A DNA stretch of 64,000 nucleotides from an uncultured Actinomycetota bacterium (GCA_963781595.1 CAWAGG010000006.1:2626923-2690922), one strand, 5' to 3'. Counted from the stretch's first letter, positions 8,883 through 17,279 are shown. Notes: a model not told the origin generated them from the sequence alone. A program made the numbers and translations.

Positions 8883-9425
8883 ATGGACGGGCGAAGGATC
8901 GGATCCGGCACGGTGGCGACCGCGGTGGCGGTCTCGATGGTGCTGGCCGCGTGCGGCGGGCCGTCCACGTACTCAGGGGACGGCGTCACGTTCCAGTACC
9001 CGCACGGGTGGAAGACGGTCATCGCGCCGGGCACCACGCCCGGTTCGGCCGGCCCGACCAGCAGGGTCGGCGTGGGCGTGGACGCGGCGAACCTGGTGAT
9101 CATGGTCAGCACCCACCTGGCGCAGCCGTCCGGCCCCCAGGACACCGTGAAGGCCGAGGAGTCCGTGCTGCAGTCGCTGAGCGACGGTGCGAAGCAGCGC
9201 GGCGCGACCGTCCAGGGCCCGACGGCCGATCACCTCGGAGCGCTGGACGGGTTCGGCCTGACGATCACCGGGCTCACGAGCGGCGGCGTCACGGTGGGCG
9301 GTCGCGTGATCGTCGCGATGAACGGCAACGTCGAGTACCTGCTCAACTGCCAGGCCACGGCCGATCACGCGGAGGAGATCGGCGCGGGCTGCGCCCAGGT
9401 GGTCGATTCGTTCACGGTCGCCTGA
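8883..9425 (+). CDS. Putative lipoprotein
   Basis: MDGRRIGSGTVATAVAVSMVLAACGG (lipobox LAAC). AGGAG lies 7 nt upstream of the ATG at 8883. Confidence 0.7.
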   Translation: MDGRRIGSGTVATAVAVSMVLAACGGPSTYSGDGVTFQYPHGWKTVIAPGTTPGSAGPTSRVGVGVDAANLVIMVSTHLAQPSGPQDTVKAEESVLQSLSDGAKQRGATVQGPTADHLGALDGFGLTITGLTSGGVTVGGRVIVAMNGNVEYLLNCQATADHAEEIGAGCAQVVDSFTVA

Positions 9426-9504
9426 TCCCGCTCCGCCCATCCGGCATGTGGACCTCTGCGGCCCGGCCGCACTACGCTGTCGCGTCGTGGACCTCCCGAC
9501 GACG

Positions 9505-10575
9505 ATGCGGGCGCTTCGCAAGACCGCGCCCGGCCCCGGCGCCGCCCTCGGGGAGGTCCCGGTCCCCGCTCCAGGCCCGAACGAGATCCTGATCCGCGTC
9601 CAGGCCGCGTCGATCTGCGGGACCGACCTGCATATCTACGACTGGAACGAGTGGGCCGACCGGCGTATCGGCGCGGCCCGCCTGCCGTACACCTTCGGCC
9701 ACGAGGTCGCCGGGCGCGTCGTGGCGATCGGCGACGAGGTCGATCACCCGCTGCCCGGCATGTTCGTCGCGGCGGAGACCCACCTGTTCTGCGGCCACTG
9801 CGGCCTCTGCCGGACCGGCAAGCCGCACATCTGCCAGAACATGCGGATCCTCGGCGTGGACGTCGACGGGGCGTTCGCCGACTATCTGGTCCTGCCCGGC
9901 CACAACGCCTGGGTCGTCGACGCCCGGATCGCGCCGGACAGCGCCTCGGCGATGGAGCCGTTCGGGAACGCCGTCCACACGGTGTTCCCGCCGGCGACCG
10001 ACCCGGAGATCGCGACGTCGACCGTGGCGGTCCTCGGGGCGGGGCCGATCGGGCTGTTCGCCGTCGGGATATGCCGCGCGGCCGGCGCCAGGACCGTGAT
10101 CGCCGTGGAGCCGAACGAGTTCCGGCGCGACCTCGCGAAGAAGATGGGCGCGGACCTGCTGATCGACCCGGCGCGCGAGGACCCGGTCGAGGCCGTGCTG
10201 ACCGCGACCGACGGCCTGGGCGCCGACGTCGTCCTCGAGATGTCCGGCGTCCCGGCGGTGATCGACCAGGGAACCCGGATGCTCCAACACGGGGGACGGA
10301 TCTCGCTACTCGGCCTCCCGCCGGGCGAGGTGTCGCTGGATCTCACCGAGCAGGTGATCTTCAAGGAAGCCCGGATCTACGGCGTCACGGGACGCGAGCT
10401 GTTCCGTTCGTGGCAGCAGACGACCACGCTCCTCGCGACCGGCATGGTCGACCTCAGCGCCATCATCACCCATCGGTTCCCGCTGGAGGCGTTCGAGGAG
10501 GCGTTCGACGCGGTCGCCGGCGGCCGGGCCGGCAAGGTCGTGTTCGCGATCGGCGACGGGACGGAGGGCGCGTGA
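9505..10575 (+). CDS. tdh: L-threonine 3-dehydrogenase
   Basis: MRALRKTAPGPG...ILIRVQAASICGTDLHIYDWNEWA... closely follows the E. coli Tdh N-terminus. Zn-ADH fold. Confidence 0.95.
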   Translation: MRALRKTAPGPGAALGEVPVPAPGPNEILIRVQAASICGTDLHIYDWNEWADRRIGAARLPYTFGHEVAGRVVAIGDEVDHPLPGMFVAAETHLFCGHCGLCRTGKPHICQNMRILGVDVDGAFADYLVLPGHNAWVVDARIAPDSASAMEPFGNAVHTVFPPATDPEIATSTVAVLGAGPIGLFAVGICRAAGARTVIAVEPNEFRRDLAKKMGADLLIDPAREDPVEAVLTATDGLGADVVLEMSGVPAVIDQGTRMLQHGGRISLLGLPPGEVSLDLTEQVIFKEARIYGVTGRELFRSWQQTTTLLATGMVDLSAIITHRFPLEAFEEAFDAVAGGRAGKVVFAIGDGTEGA

Positions 10576-11759
10576 CGGTGAGCGGGAGCCTCGACTACCT
10601 GAAGGACGAACTGGCGTCCCTGGACACCCAGGGCCTGCGGATCCATCCGCGCGTGCTGCAGGGCGAACAGAAGGCGCGGGCGGTGTTCGACGGGCATCCG
10701 GTGATCAACCTCGCGTCGAACAACTACCTCGGATTGGCGGCCCATCCGCGGATGAAGCAGGCGGCGGCCGACGCCGCGATGCGGTTTGGCGCGGGCTCCG
10801 GCGCGGTCCGCACGATCGCCGGGTCGATGTCGCTGCACCAGGAGCTGGAGGAGCGGTTCGCGGCGTTCAAGCACGCGCCCGCGGCCCTGATGTTCCAGAG
10901 CGGGTTCACGTCGAACGCCGGCACGGTCGCGGCGATCCTGGCGAAGGAGGACGTGATCGTCTCCGACCAGCTGAACCACGCGTCGATCATCGACGGCGCG
11001 CGGCTTTCGCGGGCGGAGATCAAGGTGTTCGCCCACAAGGACGTCTCCGCGGCCGACGCGCTGGTCACCGAGGCGCGGGGCGCGGGCAAGCGGACCCTGC
11101 TGATCACCGACGGCGTCTTCTCGATGGACGGCGACATCGCGCCACTGCCCGGGCTGGTCGAGGTCGCCGAGCGCCACGGCGCGATCATGATGGTCGACGA
11201 CGCGCACGCGTCCGGCGTGCTGGGCTCAGGTGGGGCCGGGACCGTCGATCACTTCGGCTTGCACGGCCGGGTGGACATCCAGGTCGGGACGTTGTCGAAA
11301 GCGATCGGCGCGCTGGGCGGGTTCATCGCCGGTCCGCAGCACCTGATCGACTGGCTGATCAACCGCGGTCGCCCGTACCTCTTCTCCACGTCGGCGCCAC
11401 CGGCCGTCGCGGCCGCGTGCATCGAGGCGCTGAACGTGATCCGCGACGAGCCCGAACGGCTGGAGCGCCTGTGGTCGAACACCCGCTTCTTCAAGGAGGG
11501 GCTGCACGCGCTGGGGTTCGACACCGGCGCCTCGGAGACGCCGATCACGCCGGTGATCGCCGGCGAGGAGCATGTGGCGCAGGACCTGGCGCGGCTGCTG
11601 TTCGAAGCCGGCGTGTTCTGTCCGGCCATCGTCTTCCCGACGGTCGCGAAGGGGACGTCCCGGGTCCGGACGATCGTGACGGCGGACCACAGCGAGGACG
11701 ACCTGTCCGAGGCGCTCGAGGCGTTCGGGACGGTCGGGAAGAAGCTCGCGATCATCTGA
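10572..11759 (+). CDS. kbl: 2-amino-3-ketobutyrate CoA ligase (glycine C-acetyltransferase)
   Basis: INLASNNYLGLAAHP..., FSMDGD, TLSKA PLP lysine. The GTG at 10572 overlaps the tdh stop (GTGA); GTG at 10578 is an alternative start. Confidence 0.93.
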   Translation: MTVSGSLDYLKDELASLDTQGLRIHPRVLQGEQKARAVFDGHPVINLASNNYLGLAAHPRMKQAAADAAMRFGAGSGAVRTIAGSMSLHQELEERFAAFKHAPAALMFQSGFTSNAGTVAAILAKEDVIVSDQLNHASIIDGARLSRAEIKVFAHKDVSAADALVTEARGAGKRTLLITDGVFSMDGDIAPLPGLVEVAERHGAIMMVDDAHASGVLGSGGAGTVDHFGLHGRVDIQVGTLSKAIGALGGFIAGPQHLIDWLINRGRPYLFSTSAPPAVAAACIEALNVIRDEPERLERLWSNTRFFKEGLHALGFDTGASETPITPVIAGEEHVAQDLARLLFEAGVFCPAIVFPTVAKGTSRVRTIVTADHSEDDLSEALEAFGTVGKKLAII

Positions 11760-11789
11760 GGCTTCGCGCGCGAGGAGGCGGTCGCCGGG

Positions 11790-12233
11790 ATGGAGCAGCG
11801 GATCAGCCTGGTGACGCTCGGGGTCGCGGACCTGGATCGGGCCCGTTCGTTCTACGAGGCGCTCGGGTGGCGCCGAACCGGCGACGACGAGGGCGTCGTG
11901 TTCTTCCAGGCCGGCGGGATGGTGCTGGCGCTGTGGAGCCGCGCGGAGCTCGCGGCCGACAGCGGCGTCGAGGACGGCGGCGGCTGGGGCGGCGTGACGC
12001 TCGCGTACAACGTCCGCTCGCCCGAGGAGGTGGACGCAACCCTGGCCGAAGCCAGCGCCGCCGGGGCCGCGATCGCACGGGCGGGCGCGGAGACGTTCTG
12101 GGGCGGATACTCGGGCGCGTTCATCGACCCCGACGGACACCCGTGGGAGGTCGCGCACAATCCGTTCTGGACGCTCGGGGCCGACGGCTCCGTTCGCCTC
12201 GAGGCGCCCGACAACCTGGAGGGCAACCGGTGA
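11790..12233 (+). CDS. VOC (glyoxalase/bleomycin-resistance) family protein
   Basis: ISLVTLGVADLDRARSFYEALGW...DPDGHPWEVAHNP. Confidence 0.85.
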   Translation: MEQRISLVTLGVADLDRARSFYEALGWRRTGDDEGVVFFQAGGMVLALWSRAELAADSGVEDGGGWGGVTLAYNVRSPEEVDATLAEASAAGAAIARAGAETFWGGYSGAFIDPDGHPWEVAHNPFWTLGADGSVRLEAPDNLEGNR

Positions 12234-12256
12234 CGGCAGATCCTGGGCGGCCGGAC

Positions 12257-12638
12257 ATGAAGCTCATCGCGTCCGCCCCGCTCACGGGCGGCGCGTTCGA
12301 ACTCGTGGAAGAGGTCCGGGCCGCGGAATCCGGTCCGACGCCGCACGTGCACCGCGAACGGGACGAGGGGTTCTACGTCCTGGAGAGCCGGTACACGTTC
12401 GTCCGGGAGCACGACGAGATCGACGCGTCGCCGGGCGACTTCATCTTCATCCCACGAGGAACGCGACACGCCTTCCGCGCGCTGGACGGATCCCTCCCGC
12501 ACGTTGATCCTGATCGCGCCCCGCCGGGCTCGAGGGGTTCTTCCGGGTGATGGGCCCGAGCTCCTGGCGGGCGGAGCCTCGAGCCTCGAGGCGATGCCGG
12601 CGCTCGCGGACCGGTTCCACTCGCACCCGGTCGAGTAA
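12257..12638 (+). pseudogene. Cupin-domain protein, reading frame disrupted (or indel errors in the assembly)
   Basis: Frame A gives MKLIASAPLTGGAFELVEE...HVHRERDEGFYVLES...PRGTRHAFRALDG and stops at 12550. The cupin C-terminus continues in frame +1 (SRTLILIAP ... GPELLAGGASSLEAMPALADRFHSHPVE, stop 12636-12638). A PAGLEGFFRVMG stretch is in the third frame. Confidence 0.7.
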
Positions 12639-12662
12639 CCGTCGACGGGGGCGTTCCTCACC

Positions 12663-13059
12663 TCAACGCAGCGCCTCAATCGACGCGGTGGCGACGATCC
12701 CTTCGAGGCTGCGTGCCAGGTCCTCGTCCAGGGTGACGAACGCGTCCGCCTGCAGCTGCGTGAGCGCCACGTACTCGGCGTCGTAGGTCGAGGCCCATCC
12801 CATCCGATCCGCGAGCTCCCAGGCTCGGCGCCGCAGGACCGCGTCGCCGAGGTGCCTGATCGGCATCCGTCCGATGCGGGCGAGGCGGTCGCGCGCCACG
12901 TCGGCTGGGATCTCTTCCCGCTGAACGGCCTCGTGCAGGGCCGACAGCGTCTGCGACCGAAGGAGGGTCGGCGCGAGGAGCTCATGCTCGCCAGACGACC
13001 TCGATCCCCTCGTTCGCGAGATGGATGACGGCGCCGGCGTCGACGACGAACCTGGTCAT
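12663..13059 (-). pseudogene. PIN-domain (VapC-like) toxin, frameshifted, with no adjacent antitoxin gene
   Basis: The ATG at 13059 gives MTRFVVDAGAVIHLANEGIEV, then a premature TGA. The +1 frame continues SGEHELLAPTLLRSQTLSALHEAV...AWELADRMGWASTYDAEYVALTQLQADAFVTLDEDLA. The total span is 397 nt (3n+1). Confidence 0.7.
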
Positions 13060-13154
13060 CGGCTCACCCCGGATCGGTCGGTCGAGTCGGAGCCCGGACA
13101 CTACCCTCGCGCCCGGGCACCCGTCGACACCCGGGTCTGGGATACCGTGGACGC

Positions 13155-13682
13155 GTGAGCGACCAGACGATCCGACCCGCCTACAGCATGTGGCCCCAGT
13201 ACAACCAGCGCCTCCGCGACGTCATCGCGGCGATGACCGACGAGCAGCTGGCGATCACGGTCCTGGGTCACGGCCCAGGCGGAACACCCGAACGATGGCC
13301 GATCTGGGCGACCGTGGGCCACACCGCCTGCCAGCGGGTGTTCTGGCTCTGCGATTTCCTCGGCGAGCCGGGCGCGGACACGACGCCGTTCACGAACGCC
13401 GCGTACGACTGCCCGGGGGACGACGACCTGGAGCACGTGCTGGGCGCCGAGCAGCTCGTCGAGGGCCTCGATTCGTCCTTCCGCATCGTCGAGGACTGCC
13501 TCGACCGATGGAGCCTGGACTTGCTCACCGAAGAGATCCGGCGCCCGGACTTCGGCGACGATTGGGTGCACACCCGCGGCTCGGTCCTCCAGCGGGTCTT
13601 CAGCCACGACGTCTACCACTGCGGCGAGCTGTCGCAGACGCTCGGCGTCGCCGGTCTGCCGCAGATCGATCTCTGGGACTGA
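13155..13682 (+). CDS. DinB-family protein
   Basis: YNQRLRDVIAAMTDEQL...VFSHDVYHCGELSQTLG. GTG start. Confidence 0.8.
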   Translation: MSDQTIRPAYSMWPQYNQRLRDVIAAMTDEQLAITVLGHGPGGTPERWPIWATVGHTACQRVFWLCDFLGEPGADTTPFTNAAYDCPGDDDLEHVLGAEQLVEGLDSSFRIVEDCLDRWSLDLLTEEIRRPDFGDDWVHTRGSVLQRVFSHDVYHCGELSQTLGVAGLPQIDLWD

Positions 13683-13707
13683 GTCCACGCTCGGTGACGC
13701 CGGTGAG

Positions 13708-14673
13708 GTGCTGACGTTGACGGAGGTTCCCTCCCAAGAGGAGCTCGAAGTCGCCCACTGCTGGGAGCCCGAAGACCGGGTGCCGGGGCGGCCCGAGATG
13801 ACGGGGTTCCGCAGGCTGCTGCGCTACCACCAGTCGCGGTGGCGCGAGGCGCACGGGCACCCGATCGGTACCCAGCCGATCGTGCCGGCGGCCGGGAAGC
13901 CGTCGCGCCTCGTCGGGAGCCGCCTCCCGCTCGCGTACGCCCGGGAGACCGGCGCGAACCTGATCACCTCCGGCGCGCTCGACGCTGCGTGGGCCCGAAC
14001 GTCCTTCATCGAGCCGCACCAGAGCTTCGATCACCAGCGGCTGTGGGCCGACCTCCTATGGTCGACGACGATGGCCTTCAATCTCTTCGGCGACCTGGCC
14101 GCCGACCTGGGGCTCGCCGACCGGGCGGTCCACGCCTGGTGGCCGGACGCGCCGGGCCCCGTGTCCCAGGTTCTCTTCGAGCATTCCCCAGGGTGGCTCG
14201 ACCATGCCTACCTCGGGAACCTCAGCTCGTTCGATGCGGCGTTCGTGCTCGACCTCGGCGACGGCACGCGAGGGATCATCGGACTCGACACCAGGTACCA
14301 GGAGCGGACCAAGCCGGAGATCCCGAAGCCGAGGAACCTCCCGCGGTACCTCGAGGTCGCCGAGCGGTCGGGCGCCTTCGCGGCGGGGACGACCGCCGCG
14401 GTCGAGGGGAGGTCCGATCTCGCCGTGATGTGGCTCGAGCACCTCCTGGTGCTGTCGATGCTCCAACATCCCAGCGGCGCGTGGAGCTGGGGCCGCTACG
14501 TCGTGGTCCGCCCCGCCGGCAACTCGGACTACGCCGACGCCTGCGACCGGTACGGAGATCTGCTCGCGGACCGTTCGACATTCTCCACGATGACCGTCGA
14601 GGAACTCCTCGAGGCCGAGGTCCTGCCGGCACCCACGGCCACAGCGCTGCGCGAACGGTACATCCCCCACTGA
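13708..14673 (+). CDS. Hypothetical protein (321 aa), possibly with a PD-(D/E)XK nuclease-like fold
   Basis: Long ORF with high GC3. The segments LWADLLWSTTMAFNLFGDL and FDAAFVLDLGDGTRGIIGLDTRYQE resemble the layout of restriction-endonuclease-like families. The start (GTG 13708) is uncertain. Confidence 0.65.
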   Translation: MLTLTEVPSQEELEVAHCWEPEDRVPGRPEMTGFRRLLRYHQSRWREAHGHPIGTQPIVPAAGKPSRLVGSRLPLAYARETGANLITSGALDAAWARTSFIEPHQSFDHQRLWADLLWSTTMAFNLFGDLAADLGLADRAVHAWWPDAPGPVSQVLFEHSPGWLDHAYLGNLSSFDAAFVLDLGDGTRGIIGLDTRYQERTKPEIPKPRNLPRYLEVAERSGAFAAGTTAAVEGRSDLAVMWLEHLLVLSMLQHPSGAWSWGRYVVVRPAGNSDYADACDRYGDLLADRSTFSTMTVEELLEAEVLPAPTATALRERYIPH

Positions 14674-14715
14674 CGCCGACCCGCCCCCGGTCCGTGGATC
14701 CGAGCCCTCCCAGGA

Positions 14716-15420
14716 TCACACCATCGCCGCGGACGGCAGTCCTTCGGTGATGTGAGACGGCTTGAACCCCTTGACCATGAGGTAGATCCCGAGCGACAGC
14801 TCCCAGAAGAACTCCGGGATCGTCGCGATGACCTGCACTCCGGACCCTGGCTCGATCACGTCGAACAGGACGAGGGTCCCCGACAGGATGATCAGCGGAC
14901 CTCCGATCAGCCCCAGCGTCGCCATGCCGCGTGGCACGAGGCCGGATCGGTACATCAGGTAGCCCAGGATCAACCCGTTCCCGAGACCGACGACCCAGCC
15001 GGGCCCGAGCAGGAACGTCCAGTCGTGGATCGCAACGAGCGACCTGCCGGCGATGACGACCGAGCTCGCGCCGGAGGCCCCGACGTCCTGGCGCAACGTC
15101 ACGACGGCGAGGAGGCTGAGGATGCCGGCGGCGATGAAGACGCTTTCCATGACACGGGCGGTGACATAACCGAGCGCGAGGCTTTCGTTCTGCCGCTTGA
15201 GGATCGGGAACAGCACGACGGCCGTACCGATGTTGGCGACGATGAGGATCATCTCGAGGAACGCTCCGAGAGCGACGCGGTTGTCGGCGCCGGCTCCGAT
15301 GACGTAGTCGGGATGGTCCAGCACCACGTTGTAGAGCGCCAGCGCAGACGGGATGCTGACCACGAACGTGATGATGAAGAGCAGACCTACGACGAACGCG
15401 GTCCTTCTCAATGGGTTCAC
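14716..15420 (-). CDS. DUF4386-family integral membrane protein
   Basis: VNPLRRTAFVVGLLFIITFVVSIPSALALYNVVLDHPDYV... with multiple TM helices. GTG at 15420 is chosen because GGAAGGAG lies 5 nt upstream; the TTG at 15447 is the ORF-track start. Confidence 0.8.
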   Translation of the reverse strand: MNPLRRTAFVVGLLFIITFVVSIPSALALYNVVLDHPDYVIGAGADNRVALGAFLEMILIVANIGTAVVLFPILKRQNESLALGYVTARVMESVFIAAGILSLLAVVTLRQDVGASGASSVVIAGRSLVAIHDWTFLLGPGWVVGLGNGLILGYLMYRSGLVPRGMATLGLIGGPLIILSGTLVLFDVIEPGSGVQVIATIPEFFWELSLGIYLMVKGFKPSHITEGLPSAAMV

Positions 15421-15861
15421 GGGCACTCCTTCCGGTCGATCGATCAACGACGCAGGGCCGCCGTACGGCGTTCAGCCACACCTCCTCATCCGGCGCTCAG
15501 CGGTTCGGTGCACCCGGCGGTGCAGGGAGGGCAAACCGGTCGCGCCTCCGATGGGCCGTGAGGCGATCGGTCGCGTCTTCGGCTCACATGGGCGCGGAAG
15601 CGCCGGCGTCCATGCGCTGAGCGTGATGCCGGACATCCCGGTCTCCTCGGATCCATGCCGTCGCGATGGCGACGGAAGCGCCGAACCGGGAGTTAGGGCC
15701 AGGATGGGACCGCCGCGAGGCTGGGGCTGTCCGCGCCGCCACGGTAACACCCATCGGGCCGGCGCTGCTCGATGGCCATCCCGATCGACGAGGAGGAGCG
15801 CGGGTCGAAGGTGAGCGGTCGCCGTCCCCTTCGACGACGCGACCTTCTCCTCACGCGAGCG

Positions 15862-16137
15862 TCAGCTCGGATCTGGGGTCGCTCGTCGGCCCGACGTCAT
15901 CGCGCCTCGGGCGGACCGGAACGAGAGCATCGACCAACGGCTCAGCGCGGACAGGATCGAGCCCACGCTGCCGAACGACCCGATCGAGCCGATCGAGAAC
16001 GCCGAACCGATCGAGCCGATCGACAGGAACGAGCCCACCGAGCCGATCGACAGGGCTGAGTTCGTCGACGCGACCGACAGGAACGAACCGTTCGACCAGA
16101 GAGACCACCGCGACGCAGCCGCCACGACGCCCATCAT
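15862..16137 (-). CDS. Small repeat protein (91 aa) with Ser at every third position for 23 triplets (SIGSxGS core)
   Basis: MMGVVAAASRWSLWSNGSFLSVASTNSALSIGSVGSFLSIGSIGSAFSIGSIGSFGSVGSILSALSRWSMLSFRSARGAMTSGRRATPDPS. By hand count about 80 of 91 codons end in G/C, clearly higher than the three overlapping alternative frames. Confidence 0.55.
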   Translation of the reverse strand: MMGVVAAASRWSLWSNGSFLSVASTNSALSIGSVGSFLSIGSIGSAFSIGSIGSFGSVGSILSALSRWSMLSFRSARGAMTSGRRATPDPS

Positions 16138-16179
16138 GACGCCTGCGGACAGCGTGCGCCGCGGCGCTCTACCCCGGTG

Positions 16180-16734
16180 TCAGCTGGCCGCCTTCATCGG
16201 CTCCTTCGGCTCGACCCACATCAGGTCCGGATGGAAGTCGTACCCCCACGGGAGCCCCGCGTTCTTCCAGCCATTCCTCATATGCTTGCCGAAGTAGACG
16301 CTCCCGCGATCGTCGACCCGGTCCCCTTCGAAGCCGTTGATGATGTTGTACGCGTGCGTGAAGCCGGCCTTCGTGAGCAGGTCGATCGCCATCGCGGCAC
16401 GGCCCCCGGTCGCGCACATCACCAGGATCGTGTCGTCGGTGCCGAACGCCTCCTCCACCTTCGTGACGAAGTCCGGATTCGCCTCGCCGGAACAGCCCGG
16501 CGGCCTGCCCGGCATGGAGGGGCCCTCCGGGTCGAACTTCGGGAATACCAGCGGGACGTTCTTCGCCATCTCGACGTGGCCGCCGAACACGTACTCCTCG
16601 AACGTTCGCACGTCGAGGATGTGGACGTGGTCGGGATCCGCCTTCCACATGTCGTAGGCCTCGTACGGCGTCGCGTAGAGCCCCAAGGTCGTGCGGTTCG
16701 CCTCGGGCACTTCGGGAACGGATGTCGTCGCCAT
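16180..16734 (-). CDS. Rhodanese-domain sulfurtransferase-like protein
   Basis: HILDVRTFEEYVFGGHV..., active-site loop VMCATGGRAAMA. ATG at 16734 has a GGAGGAGGAG RBS. Confidence 0.9.
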   Translation of the reverse strand: MATTSVPEVPEANRTTLGLYATPYEAYDMWKADPDHVHILDVRTFEEYVFGGHVEMAKNVPLVFPKFDPEGPSMPGRPPGCSGEANPDFVTKVEEAFGTDDTILVMCATGGRAAMAIDLLTKAGFTHAYNIINGFEGDRVDDRGSVYFGKHMRNGWKNAGLPWGYDFHPDLMWVEPKEPMKAAS

Positions 16735-16886
16735 GATCGTGTCTCCTCCTCCCTCGTGCTCCCCTAGCCGAGCCGCAGGTGCATCGACTCTTCCAGCGGG
16801 ACCGGCTCTGGGAGCTTGGCCATGCTGCGCTTCGTTCGCCCTTTGGGGGTGATGGCTCCACGAGCGCCGAGCGCTTGGATGGCCAC

Positions 16887-17279
16887 ATGGAGCGTCGCGT
16901 CGGATCGACGGTGTCGGTCGAAGCCCACGAGTGGACGCTGACGAAGCTCGCGCTGAACGACGACCGACTGATCGCGAACCTGACCGAGTCGGACGCGGCG
17001 AACCTCGAAGCCTCGGGGTTGGATCGCCGGGCCCACGCGCTGGTTCGGATCGGCGCTCTACTGGCGCTGGACGCCGCCCCGGCGTCGTACGCGTCCGTCG
17101 TTCGGCTCGCGCAGCGCGCGGGGGTTTCCGCGCCCGAGATCGTCGGGGTGCTCGTCGCCGTGGCCCCGTACATCGGGATCGCGCGCACGGTCTCGGCGGC
17201 CCCCGAGCTGGCCCTCGCGGTCGGCTTCGACGTGGACGACGTGATCGAGCGGGACCGCGACGAGGCCGACGGAGCCTGA
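16887..17279 (+). CDS. Carboxymuconolactone decarboxylase (AhpD-like) family protein
   Basis: RRAHALVRIGALLALDAAPASYASVVRLAQRAGVSAPEIVGVLVAVAPYIG. The start is uncertain (ATG 16887 versus GTG 16779). Confidence 0.75.
   Translation: MERRVGSTVSVEAHEWTLTKLALNDDRLIANLTESDAANLEASGLDRRAHALVRIGALLALDAAPASYASVVRLAQRAGVSAPEIVGVLVAVAPYIGIARTVSAAPELALAVGFDVDDVIERDRDEADGA

Noticed and set aside
15421-15861. Known riboswitch classes (TPP, SAM, glycine, guanidine, fluoride, cobalamin, c-di-AMP) here and in other 5' regions (metB-like, BHMT-like, pckA)
   Set aside because: I could not recognise a consensus core for any of these by eye. Absence is not proven without a covariance-model scan.
15851-16108. 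Alternative minus-strand frame over the 9-nt repeats, giving VDRL/DRLDRF-type repeats, plus two plus-strand ORFs (15666..16139, 15772..16059)
   Set aside because: Codon position 3 in these frames is markedly less G/C-rich (many T or A) than in the S-x-x frame. They are kept as the main alternative hypothesis in the finding.
16779-16886. GTG 16779 as the start of the AhpD-like gene
   Set aside because: The added 36 codons (MHRLFQRDRLWELGHAALRSPFGG...) look non-conserved and would leave only 44 nt for the divergent promoter region. ATG 16887 is preferred, with only moderate confidence.
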